63,672 bases of DNA, filler included, from Nemertoderma westbladi (GCA_032718475.1; 3 parts of 3 records of this genome joined end to end with filler, not necessarily neighbours in it); one strand, 5' to 3'; shown: positions 40,489 to 52,506, numbered from the whole stretch's first letter. Program-made: numbers and translations. The notes: a model not told the origin generated them from the letters alone.

Positions 40489-43400
40489 ATGAGTAGGCCC
40501 AGTCCTAATAGTAGGCCTAGTGTTACTGGTGAATTAGGACTACCGGCACCATTGCCTATTACTCACGAACGACGACGGTTATTATCGGAGTTAAGAAGTT
40601 ACATAAACCTTGGTGTTGAAGACATTAATCGTGTCACTGGTCGGAGCGACGGCGTTACCTGTAGGCTTACTAGCGGCACATCTAGAATGGTTACCGGTAC
40701 CGGTACTGAAAGTGAAACGGCTTCTGATTCCGGCGATTCATCGGATAATGATTTTCGAGATGAGACAACGCGTTTGCGTCGGATACCTTCGACTACCGAT
40801 ACTGATAGGCTTCACCTTCCCTCACGCTCGTCCTCAAGTCATTTGCGCAACTCTCGTAGATTTTCGCGCGCGAAGAATAGGCCTCTGATAGCAGGATAGG
40901 GAGCCTAGGTAAAGTTGGTCGGCCTTCTCAATCGACTAAAGTTGTTATCGTTAAACTTAAAGTTCGTTACATTAATTCCACGAATGCAGATAGCATCACC
41001 ATTAGAAAGCCCTTGGGTGAGAGTAATTCTTTGAAGATGAGTCTACCAATGGATGCGAACTTATCGGTCGTTAAAAAGTTGATTCTCAATAAAATATTTA
41101 TTGAAGAGCATAACCGTTGTTTGAGGGAGCAAGGATTTCCCTCAAACCGTAATTCTTATTCGTTTCAATTAACTAACTTACAAGGCGAGAAACTTAAGCC
41201 AAAGTTTTGTTCCCTTCGACAGTATACATTGGAGCGGTGTGTTTTAGGATCCTTAAAAATCGCTGTTGTTGGAGAGTTGCCCGAAGAGGATACCGGTAAT
41301 GAGTTGGAGAACGATTCAACACTACCAGCCATTGCCGAATGTGACACGGTTCCACCCTCGCCAGGCGATGAAGGTGCCAGTACCAATGACGTGGTTCTAC
41401 CTCCGACACCTGTTGGTATACTCAGTGTCGGTAATGGCGTGGCTGCACTTCCGCCAGCCCCAGCCCTTGATGGTACTGACGCGGTTCTACTTCCGCCAAA
41501 CGTCGGTGAACTCGGTTCCTTCTGTGACATGGAACCGCTTCCACCAGCCTCCTCCGGTAATGATGTAGTTCCTGTTCTGCCTCCTCCTTTAATCGATGAC
41601 CAAGTATATCAAGACACCAGTACCGATATACGTCAGGAATCCGTGTATGAAGTTCTGTCCCGTTTGGAGTGCAAAGTGGGTCTTTGCAACAAGGTAAACA
41701 TCGTTAATGTTGACGACCGAGACAATGTACTTGATTGTGGATACCGGGCTTTTTCAAGAAAGGGATTCAACATATGGGAACCTTTATCTGTTAAATTCAT
41801 TGGGGAGCGAGGCATAGATGCTGGAGGACCTTCGCGCGAATTCATGCGGTTAACATTACAAGCGATCAGGGATTCTGCGTTATTCAGCGGCGAGGAAAAT
41901 TCCAAGAACATCGAACTGGATTACAACAGTAAGTTGCATCAAATAATCTTATGCTGTTTAAATAAATTTAATTAAACTTCTTAATTTAACTGAACCAAAT
42001 ATAATTATATTTTTATAATATTTAATTATTATATTTTATTTTTCAGGTCTAAACTTAAACAGGTATTACCTGGCGGGAAAGATGATAGGTTACTTCATCA
42101 TACACCGAGGTTCGACTCCTAGTTTCCTATCCCCATTATTGTATAACATAATTAGTATAACCGATGGATTTATTTCCGCCACCCCGGCAGTGACTGATAT
42201 AGCTGATTATGAACTACGGGACAAAGTTAATAAAGTGAGATATAGATAATTATTTATTTAATAATATAACATAAATATTAAATAAACTAATTAAATAACT
42301 ATTATATTTCGGTTAGGCCTATACAAAATATTGTTAACCATAACTTTACTTTAGATAAGTTCTGCAGAAACATCCGGAGAATTCAACACTGCAATAGACG
42401 AGGCTACTGATCTGATATCTATGAGTGGTTGTTTCAATATAACTATCCATGGCTTCAGCGACCAAACGAAAATAGATCTTGTTGGAGCTTTGGCTAAATT
42501 CATTGTGATGGATAGAAATCGTCGTGCCATTGAACAGTAAGTTAATCATTAGTATAGTTAATTATCATAATCGCTCAATTAGTCAATATTAATTTCAGGA
42601 ACTTTTTACAATTAATTTTAAACTAAACAGTCAAGTGCACTTTAGATTCCAGGATGGTCTAAAAGAAGTTGGATTAATTAACGAAATTCTAAGAAATCCC
42701 GATGGTTGGCGGGAATTCTTTGTGCATAACGAATGTGTACTTACCTCCAAAGCTGTACAAGATTTGTTTATAATACAATGGACAGAGAACAACAATAGTA
42801 TTCGGAAGAGAAAGGAGAAACGTGTTGCAGCATATTGGCTGGATCTGTTGCAGGATTTGGGAGGTATTTTAAATTTTTTATTCAAAATTGAATAAAAAAT
42901 GAAAATCACCACCAATCAAATAATTGATAAACTGTTAATTAATTTATAAATCGATTACTTGCTTAATAATTAATATGTTTCTTTCTCCTTAATTCATATA
43001 TTTCTTGATTATTAATGAATGTATTGATTATTGATTAATCTGTTTATTTTTCTTTGAAATTTGTTTAACTGTTGTTTAATAATTATGTGTTGCATTATTG
43101 TCCCAATAAGCCTAGGTCGCCTCGTATTTGTTTTGGTGTAAAGGTAAACTATACGCCGACAGCCTACAGCGGCCAACTAACAGCCGACAACAGTTATAAA
43201 TGTTGCTGGGTGTTAGTTGCCGGCAATCGGCGTAGCGTTTACACCCTCCCGTATCCGTTTAATCGTCCTGCAGTTTAAATTGATTTAATTAAATTTTTAT
43301 ATATTTTTAATTTTTAAATTATTGCATTTTTATTACAGACGGGGTTACAGGATATGCATCCGGGCGAGTAGTCGGGCTGAAAGACCTTCTTATATTTGTG

Positions 43401-43613
43401 ACTGGTATCGATGCTGTTCCCGCACTTGGATTTAACCGGGATCCTTCAGTTGTATTCCTCCACCCCGAGGACGATAACCAATATTACATTGGTCTACCAA
43501 GATCAAACACTTGTGGTCTCATTTTAAGTCTACCGATTGTTGGGTCCTACGACGAGTTTAAACGCAATATGATTAGCGCATTGGAGATAGCGACTACATT
43601 CACCGATGATTGA
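40489..43613 (+). CDS. HECT-domain E3 ubiquitin ligase (G2E3-like HECT) encoded by the transposon; exons 40489/40881-41928, 42047-42234, 42355-42536, 42646-42863, 43339-43613
   Basis: Four GT-AG introns with compatible phases (1,0,2,1). Motifs VKFIGERGIDAGGPSREF, YYLAGKMIG, QFQDGLKEVGL, LLIFVTGIDAVPALGF, catalytic LPRSNTC and terminal F-T-D-D-stop (-4 Phe). ORF 40489-40899 joins the main frame only through a frameshift near 40880; alternative start ATG at 41037. Confidence 0.9.
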
Positions 43614-43766
43614 ATGAAACTATAAACATTTTAGTAATTGTTTATTATATACTAGAAGTAAAATAGAAAAATTAAGAACTAAATTAGAACTATAGTCGTT
43701 TTATAGTAATAAAGAACTGTTATTCTTATAATAAAGTAAGAATTAGAAATTATATGTAAGTATGAA

Positions 43767-45023
43767 TCATAAATAGTGCATTATATTAGATATTAGAAAT
43801 AGTAATGTTTGTTTACATTCCCCTAATGATTGGCAACATCGAGGTGTCACCAGCGCAGTATCTTCAAGGAAACTGTCACATAAGTTAGCGATCTCAGGGA
43901 TACAGTGTGGCAGTTTGGTAGCGAATATTCTCATAGAGGCTAGAGATTCTATCTCCACGTGGTGGATGTAGTTAGGTGACTGTAAATAAAGTAGATTTGG
44001 CTTTCCTCCCGGGGATAATAGACCGCTACGGCGAATCCGGTGGCTATTGTGATAGACCATTATTAAATCGAGAGTATACTGGAGAAACGGCAAGTAAACA
44101 TATCTAACAATTTCTATATGTATAAAGTTTGAAGTATCCAAAAAGGCAAGTTCTAATTCTGCGAAATGATCTAACCAATGCGATAATCCAAGTATTGGAA
44201 TCTTGGACCAAAAAGACTCAATCCTTTGGTTCCTTGTACTTTTACCGTAGATAAACGTTGTACCGTTCAGGGCAGCATCATCATTATGATAGAGTCGAAG
44301 AAAGCGCTGGATAATTTCAATGTTGACGTTTTCTGTTCCGCGATCCGAACGTATAATATGCGGAATGCCTCGCAATAAATCGATTATTTCTAAAAAATAG
44401 GCTGCCACTACGAAAGGATCGTTATTGCTCTGACCGCATTTTAACCACATAATCTTTCTGCTAAAACCGTCCATTCCACCATGAATAGCTAAACCGAACG
44501 GTTTAAGCTTATCCCATCCGTCAATGTGGAGTAGAAAGTTTGGTCCCTTCGAAAAGTAAGTGCGACGTGTAAGTTTGTGCTTGATACGGCACAACCGCCC
44601 ATCCGGATCTAGAATACGCAGCAGTTCGGCAGTTAATTTACGCGGTACATAAATGTTATGTTGGTACATTAAAACATGTTGCATCTGCCGGTATCCAGCT
44701 GTACTTGGAGAACGATTATCACTAGAGTTTTTATGAAGTTCATTATGTATGGTATCGACTATCACACCAAAATCAGCCGGATTAAACCGTCGATGCAACT
44801 TAATTGATGATAAATAACGACGAACGGTTCTACAGGAAATGTACAAACCACAGGATTGCTGCAGTATCTGCGCTATTTCTGCATGCGTATATCCCAACCA
44901 AAAATTATCAGAAATTTCCTTCCTCCAAGGTTGCGCCGAGACTAATATTGGCAACAATATAATAATCAAAACCAGTGCAGCTACCGGTACTGATAGCGTT
45001 ACAGTAGTAACATATTTCGTCAT
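43767..45023 (-). CDS. DDE integrase-core transposase (IS3/IS481-like fold, IS3EU type), 418 aa, intact
   Basis: N-terminal HTH-like FWLGYTHAEIAQIL...ISCRTVRRYL, then GYRQM, RRTYFSKGPNFLLHIDGWDKLKPFG (D), GGMDGFSRKIMWL, IRSDRGTEN (D) and NQRIESFW (E). Confidence 0.92.
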   Translation of the reverse strand: MTKYVTTVTLSVPVAALVLIIILLPILVSAQPWRKEISDNFWLGYTHAEIAQILQQSCGLYISCRTVRRYLSSIKLHRRFNPADFGVIVDTIHNELHKNSSDNRSPSTAGYRQMQHVLMYQHNIYVPRKLTAELLRILDPDGRLCRIKHKLTRRTYFSKGPNFLLHIDGWDKLKPFGLAIHGGMDGFSRKIMWLKCGQSNNDPFVVAAYFLEIIDLLRGIPHIIRSDRGTENVNIEIIQRFLRLYHNDDAALNGTTFIYGKSTRNQRIESFWSKIPILGLSHWLDHFAELELAFLDTSNFIHIEIVRYVYLPFLQYTLDLIMVYHNSHRIRRSGLLSPGGKPNLLYLQSPNYIHHVEIESLASMRIFATKLPHCIPEIANLCDSFLEDTALVTPRCCQSLGECKQTLLFLISNIMHYL

Positions 45024-45297
45024 AATGATTTAAGCTTAAGTTTATAGCTTGTAAGTTTTGTGAAGACAGAAAGTTCCGGTCTGGTATGCAGTAGGTAAGG
45101 TACAGACAGTACCGGTCGCGGTCTGCGTCTGGTATGCAGGTTCCGATTTACACGCCGCCTTTCAGCTCTAGGTACAGTACCGGTTCGGCATGCAGGTTCC
45201 GTTTTTGATTTACACGCCGCCTTTAAGTCAGTTAGTTACATTTTAAATTTCCCTCTTCCTCATCAACATGAGTCAAATCCTCTAAAAGTCAGCTGAT

Positions 45298-45629
45298 TGA
45301 TATTAATTTCAACCCGGGTTGATATTAATTTCAACCCGGGTTGATATTAATTTCAACCCGGGTTGATATTAATTTCAACCCGGGTTGATATTAATTTCAA
45401 CCCGGGTTGATATTAATTTCAACCCGGGTTGATATTATTTTCAACCCGGGTTGATATTAATTTCAACCCGGGTTGATATTAATTTCAACCCGGGTTGATA
45501 TTAATTTCAACCCGGGTTGATATTAATTTCAACCCGGGTTGATATTAATTTCAACCCGGGTTGATATTAATTTCAACCCGGGTTGATATTAATTTCAACC
45601 CGGGTTGATATTAATTTCAACCCGGGTTG
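45298..45629 (-). repeat. Right subterminal array: 15 x 22-bp, inverted relative to the left array
   Basis: atattaatttcaacccgggttg units, cores from 45310 to 45618. Confidence 0.97.
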
Positions 45630-45706
45630 AAATTCAAGAAAAAAATGTTGATCAAATTAAAAATTAAAAAAGTAGTGAATTATTTTGGCCGCTTTCAGCC
45701 ACCGTA

Positions 45707-47060
45707 GATAGCTCTAACATCTATAATGTTGAAAAACCGCGATAATGAATAAACGTATAATTTCTAATCTAAGAGACCAGATCCCTATGGAACAATTTGG
45801 TTTTTTGCCTGGAAAGAGTGCAGTTGAAGCTATTACACAGTTACTTAGATATATCAGTGAGGCTTTTAATTCGAGTTCTAGAAATGAACGCATTGTATAT
45901 GCCTGTTTTGTAGATTTTAGAAAGGCTTTTTATTCTGTGCCCAGAGCCCTACTTCTATACAAATGTTATACATTAGGTGTCAAGGGGAAACTTTTTGATC
46001 TTATTAAGTCAATATTAAATAACAGTTTTAAAATTTTTGATGGTTGACGATTCTCAAATATCATACAACAACTTCGGGGTATTTTACAGGGCGATTGTTT
46101 ATCGCCAACATGTTTTTTACTTTTTATAGCAGATTTAGTCAGTGCTCTACGTGCAGTTGTTGCTACAATATTATCTATTTTTTATGCGGATGATTTAGTA
46201 TTCTTTTCAAAGAGTAGAGACGATATTCAGTCAGCATTGAACGCGTTATTTGAATGGTGCAGGAAAAATGGAATGGACGTGAATTTGGTGAAAACTAAAA
46301 TAGTTAAATTTCGAATAGGTGGTCGTTTAAGTACTAATGATACATTTACTTACAATGGTAATCTAGTTAAAGTAGAAAAACAATACCAATACTTAGGCGT
46401 AACAGTACAGTCGTCGTTGTGCTTTACAAACCATATCAATAGTAAAAAAGTTGAAGCTTATAAGTTAATAGGTTCTTTTACTAAGTTGCAATTACTATCT
46501 ACGGATACTGGTTTAAAGATTTTTAATGGTAAAGTGCTTCCGATGATTACTTATGGCCTACCTGCGTATGGTATCTATCTTAATTAAATTGTCAAAACTT
46601 AAAGAAATCGATAAACGAAATCTACTTTTATTAAACGTATGCTAGGTCTACACATATCTTCATCGTCAACATTAGTGCATAACTTACTTGGTGAACCAAC
46701 TTTGATAGAATATATTTTAGATAGGAACCCAAATATTTTTAACGAGACTACTGTGCTAAACTATAGGAACTATGGAGCTGTACGGATGAATAATTTTATA
46801 AGGGAGGGCTACCTAGAGGGACCTGGCTTTCAAAACTTCAACTGGAAACGACCTGGACAACGAAATCGTCATGCTGTCTGTAGGGCAACATCTCACGGGT
46901 TTCACCATCTGATCTGCTGCACTATGAACTCATTCCACTCCCCAAAAGAAGACTGTATCTGTAGTTTCTGTGGTGGGAACTGTGAAAACAGATATCACGC
47001 CCTTCGATGTCCTGCCTGTCCTAGCCTAAATTCGTTGGCTGCATGATATATATATATGTA
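45707..47060 (+). mobile_element. Non-LTR retrotransposon, 3' half (RT core and C-terminal Cys/His knuckle), degraded
   Basis: Continues IA|LTSIMLK after the TSD. EQFGFLPGKS, CFVDFRKAF, GILQGDCLSP, FYADDL, YQYLGV, CSFCGGNCENRYHALRC. Internal stops and frameshifts; (at)n tail. Confidence 0.9.
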
Positions 47061-48603
47061 TCCGTTTTGCACGATATTTTAGAATTATTTTTATCAACGA
47101 GAGAAAGCCGCCCCAATATTAGATTATAACAACAACATATCCATTGGGTAAGAAAGTGGAGGAGAGCCAGCCCGACTCTTAATTTTTTACTTTATATTAC
47201 GCGATCAATTTTCACTCATCTCGTCATGAACCCAACATGTATGTAAACTTTTGATAAATTTGTTGGCTATGCGTTTGCGGCTGTTTGGGCGGAGTGTGGT
47301 AGGCCTACACTTTTCACACTGAAACATTTTGGTTGTGAAATGTTCAGGGCACAGCGATCAGAGATATTTCATATATATTTTATTATGAGAGGAAGAAGAA
47401 CATACAACGTTATTTACTATATTATATGTAACGAAATAATTGTTTTCGGGTTTGGAAGCCTCCCCAAATAGTTGATATACGATTATATTTAAAATTATTT
47501 CCATGGTCATGGTCATTCACTCGTCTTTAATTAGAAATTTGTTTGCATGAAAGACAGTTTAGTTTAGTTTTTAATGATTTATTATCTCTTATCTGACTGG
47601 GGTAATAATAAAGGATAGGATAAATGGATGCAAAGTGTGACAGTAACAATTATTTCCCAGTCACCCTAGCATGTCTTAAGTATATGATATATCAAAGGGG
47701 GAGTTTGGATTCACTGCATAAATGCAGTTCACCAAACTTCCCCCGAATGCACACTGTAACTTCCCCCTTCCCCCAAATATCCACTGTTGAATTAATTTGA
47801 AGCGATATAATAAGTACAAAATTGTGCGAGTTTTTAATTGTGTGGTCCATTTGTTATTTGATCTCTATTTATTATTTAAAGTGCATTTAATATCACACTG
47901 GTTTTTAGAATATTATACTATACAACCTTATGTTTTATTAATTTACCCAATCGAAGCCTCATAAGGGCCGGTTATTTTTGTACGCATATCCCCTAATGCG
48001 CTCAGTAAGGTTCAAACAACATATTAATATGAAAATAAAGTATCTGCAAAGAAAAGAACCCAATACTATATAATTTGACCTTATTAAAAAATTTGCACTT
48101 TTGCACACTTATTTGTACAAGTGCACTTTAGCAGATCGTAATGGTGGCTCTTATTTAACAAACTTATGTTTATCCTCTACCGATCTACGATGGTGTATGA
48201 TCAAGTGTCAGTCGCTAAAAGTGTCAAAAATCCAATTTAATAAATCTCGATATTTGCGATTTTGGACCATATTCATGGACATTTTAAGTCACTTTATAGA
48301 CATAAAAAGTTAAACAAATGTTACGATTATAGTTAGAAATCATTCCAAACTACATTTTAATCCAAAAAATAACATTCTACGATGAATAGAACTGGAAATA
48401 ATAGTGTTTGAACTATCGAAAAAATGTTCACTATTTAAGTGCATTTTGCACTTAGTGCACATAAGTCTTTTCCCAAGTTTTATCCTATTTCACACACTAC
48501 AATCTATCCTCTATCCAATGAAAAAAGTTTCAGATTAAACGGCCCTGTAGAACCGAAGTTATTGATGTTTAAAAATAGTCACTCGAAAATTTCAAATTCT
48601 CTT

Positions 48604-48667
48604 GGTCACATAGTCTAGTGGTTATCAATCACGTTAATGAAACCGAAGTTCGCGGGTTCGAAATCCA
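48604..48667 (+). other. Degenerate tRNA-like / SINE head
   Basis: A-box-like tagtctagtggtta and B-box-like gggttcgaaatcc at tRNA spacing; no intact cloverleaf. Confidence 0.4.
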
Positions 48668-50390
48668 ATATTGACCATTCTTATTTTTTTGCAAAAAAAA
48701 ATTATTTTTATTTTTTCACTAAAATCGCTCTAACTTCGGTTCTGGTGGTCCAAATTCAATAAAATTGGTATATTCTTTGCCGTAATTTTTTTCTTAATCT
48801 TTTGAGAAGGGGTTATTTTTGGCCCCAAAAAAATTAAAAAAAAGGGCCAAAATAACGCGATATTTTTCGACCCTTAAAATTCGTAATTTTAATTATATAT
48901 GTTAAGATAAAAGATAGCGGAGTTAATTTGATACTTTTTACAGGTACTTTTGGCGCAATACGCTAAATTATAATGGAATAGCGATTTGTTAAAAAAAAAA
49001 ATGTTTCGTCCCTTTTTATAAATATTATATTTCACACGATCGCCTGCCGCTCCAGTTTTATAATACCTCCGGCGCTGTGATTAAAGCTGTTAGATAGATA
49101 ATTTAACGCACTATAAGTCTGTGTAAACAAATCTCCCGTAAGTTAAGTAGTTTTCGAGCTAGACGATTTCCCGCGAAGCAAGTTTGAAGCGCGAAATTAT
49201 AATTTTGGCCCTCATTTTTTTAATATCATCCTTGGAGCAAAACCGATAGCATATTTGAATTCCCCGTATGGATATTGACTGTATAGAATGTACCTTAACC
49301 AACTAAAGTTAAAAATAAAAAATTATTCAATAAAAACTACTTTACAAATTCTGGCCCTTTTTGGCCCCTATTGCCGACATATTTTTTGTACCCCCATTCG
49401 ATAGGAACGTAGCCCCAATGGTCTTCTACGAGTTTCATAAAATAATTAGTGGATTCCTCCCGCGTTGTCGAATTAAACATTTCGGAAATAAGATTTCCAA
49501 AAAAGACGGACAAAAACGTACAAATTTACAGCCCCTTTTTCCACCCGAAATTTTAATAAATATCTTACCCCCATTCGATACGAAGGTAGTACCACTCTTC
49601 CCCTTTCTAACCGCCTTACTTTCGTCCCCGTACGATTAATATTAGCCGAGTTATAGCGGATCCCGCAAAGTCATTTTGTCCGTTTTTTCAACTTTGACGG
49701 ACATTTTCGGAAAAAGGCGTGGTAATCTTTTTTGAAAAAAAAAACGAATTCACTAATTAATCCCTTCTATCGTATCCCGGCGTCGGCTAAGCAATAACCT
49801 AGGGTTTTTTCGAGCCACTGTAGAGCGCCTTTCAAAAAAATTTTAAAATTGTCGAAAAAATGACGGATTTTTGTCCGCCGTGTCCGTCGAAGGGTTAGAT
49901 TTAATAATGTTAGAGTTGCTAATATCTTAGAATTCCGAACCGCTCCCCTGGTGAGAAAATAAAAAAATTTGGTCTGTTCCTTCATCGAAAAGTCCCCCAG
50001 AATCCCAAGTTAACCTATATAGTTAGCGATGGCCTGCGGCTTTAGGAGCGGCCGCGGTATTCACCTCCCTCATAGCGGCCGCGGCGGTGTTGCGTCAAAT
50101 GGAGAAATATTTATCCCACCGAGTTGTTTATATATAATTTAATAATAATAAATTGTTTTATTCACACACTGAACCAAAGTAATACTGTACATATGTAAAT
50201 TATTATAAATATTATGAAATATGTTTTATAGAGTAGCCTATCGTATTTCAATATCATTGTTCAACAGTTGCGTTTATCACCAGTGCAATAAGATGGAATC
50301 CGATAAATATATTTACCCCGGTATGGGGGTGTTGATTGTCTTTAAAATTAACTTAATTATCGCACATTATTCAAATCTCAAAATGTAATT

Positions 50391-51598
50391 CTACTACTAC
50401 TACTAGGTCAAGCGAACTCGGACAGTGGAAATGAGATCCTTCCAGGCTTCCCGATTCTCCATAGTTGTCGCAATTTCGTTTCTCCCAAGTTCAGTATCCT
50501 TTTCAAGTTGATCTATATATGTTATTGCTGGTTGTCCACGACTACGCTTTCCATGAGTTGGTTGCCAGAGAAGTAGATCTGGTATGACCTCGTCTTTACT
50601 TCGCCAGCAGTGCCCACTGAATCTTAATCTGCGTTCACGGAGGGTGGTTGATACAGGTGGTATTGTACCATAAAGCTCGGCGTTTGTCATGTGTTGTCTC
50701 CAGCTGATGTTTAGGGCTGCCCTTAGTAGTCTTGTGTAGCAACCACCAATTCGTTGTTCAAGTGATTTAGTCAGTGTCCAGGTCTCACCCCCGTATATAA
50801 ATACACTTTCCACTGTGGCTCGAAAGAACTTAGTCTTCAGGTGCCTGGAGAGATCTGATTCCCAGATGGTATTCATTTTTGATAGAGCTACCCAAGCCTT
50901 TGCTTTCCTAACTCCTTTTTGCTAATGTCCTTTTTGCTACTCTCTATCCATGATCCAAGGTACTGGAAGTCGTCGACCTTCCTTAGTTGATTATTATCAA
51001 TGGTTGTCAAGTTTCCATCAACATTAAAGGTCATGAATTCGGTCTTGGTAGCATTTATATGCAATCCAACCTCCTTAACAGCCCTCTCCACTTTATTTAG
51101 TAGAAGCTGTGCATCTGCTAGCGTATTAGAGAGCAGGGCGATGTCATCCGCAAAGTCGGTGTCTATGACTGTGGTTGCCGGATATCTACTACTTCTGCGT
51201 TCTTGAAGTGTGAATCCCAGATCTTCACCGTTTGTGGCCGTCCTCATTGCGTAATTCAGCACAATTACAAATAGTAATGGTTCTAATGTGTCACCTTGTA
51301 GTACGCCAGCCAGGATTGAGAAAAACTCAGTTTCACCATCTGGTGAGAGTACCTGCGCTTCTGTGTCACAATATAACAATCCAATGCCAGCAACAATTAC
51401 TTCTGGTATCCCATAAGCTCTTAGGAATTCAAGCATTTTACCTCTATGGATAGAGTTGAATGCCTTCTTAAAGTCCACAAAAGTCATGACTGCTGGGATA
51501 TTCTTTGGTTTAATTCCTTCAATCAGTCTCCGTAGTGCAAGTATCTGAGCTATTGTTGATCTACTTGGTCGAAATCCGTTTTGGCTCTTACGCAGTAG
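50391..51598 (-). mobile_element. RTE-clade LINE (second family), RT and 3' end, truncated by the gap
   Basis: QNGFRPSRST, FVDFKKAF, GVLQGDTL, DTDFADDIAL, DFQYLGSWI, RLRFSGHCWR. One frameshift near 50915; (TAG)n tail at 50391-50405. Confidence 0.92.
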
Positions 51599-51698
51599 NN
51601 NNNNNNNNNNNNNNNNNNNNNNNNNNNNNNNNNNNNNNNNNNTTAATTAATTAANNNNNNNNNNNNNNNNNNNNNNNNNNNNNNNNNNNNNNNNNNNN
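51599..51698. other. Assembly gap/contig linker
   Basis: N-run with a central TTAATTAATTAA. Confidence 0.98.
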
Positions 51699-52506
51699 TG
51701 TCTAAGCCAGAAACACCGGCCTTTTGGGAAGAACTCTAGTAAACTGCTTGAATTATCGAAAGTATAAACTGTTACCGAACTAATTTAACTTAACAAATCA
51801 TACTCATTAACTAATCTTGATACTTTGCATTAATCATATTGCTTGTACTGTTATTTTACCGTCAGTTATTAATTGTACCTATTTGTTGATGGAAATATTG
51901 CTATTTGGATAATACGGATAAATCACCCAATTCCCAATTTTCTTGATAACACTACAGGTTAGAGAGACCGGCTATACATAACAATTGCGATTTATATTAA
52001 TGTGGTGTGTATTGAATCCAATGTTATTTAGCAGACCCTACGTGAGTCAATTACTGCTCTCTTTATGTGTGATCAAATGTACTGACTGTCGGCAGAATAG
52101 TGTGTATGATTGTGATTGGTAACAAAGTATTTCCTAAAGAATACGCTTTATACTTTAATCATAAGCAGTATCGTTGCGTTTAGTATAAGTCTTTATAGTT
52201 CTGTTTAAATAGATAAAGCGCCACGTCCTAAAGGAACTGTTAATATTTCCCGAAAGCCAATAATATCTGTCAGAGATTAATTACTAACGATCTATCGAAT
52301 AATACATTAGGTATACACTGCAACCTTACACTGTAATAATACAATTCAAGCATCCGAATTCAGTCTCCCGGGTGTAGATCCATCGGGTGAATGATCGCGC
52401 ATGGGCTGACTTCGGCTAATGTTTTGCGTATTAGCATAAAATATTGTCGTATGCTAAAGTGGTTTTAATTAACTAGAAGACATATAAATTTTGGCAGGTT
52501 AAACTG

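Larger units (their letters stand above)
39728..45706. mobile_element. Complete IS3EU-like DNA transposon (5,979 bp) carrying a DDE transposase and a HECT E3 ligase
   Basis: Termini TACGGTGGCTGAAAGCGGCC...GGCCGCTTTCAGCCACCGTA. 6-bp TSD GATAGC (39722-39727, 45707-45712). The 77-bp unique TIR portion appears identical at both ends and is extended by inverted 22-bp arrays. TAY..RTA ends with a 6-bp TSD and an integrase-like transposase fit IS3EU as I recall it. Confidence 0.92.

Noticed and set aside
48604-48667. Functional tRNA gene
   Set aside because: Only A/B-box-like motifs; acceptor and anticodon stems do not pair convincingly.
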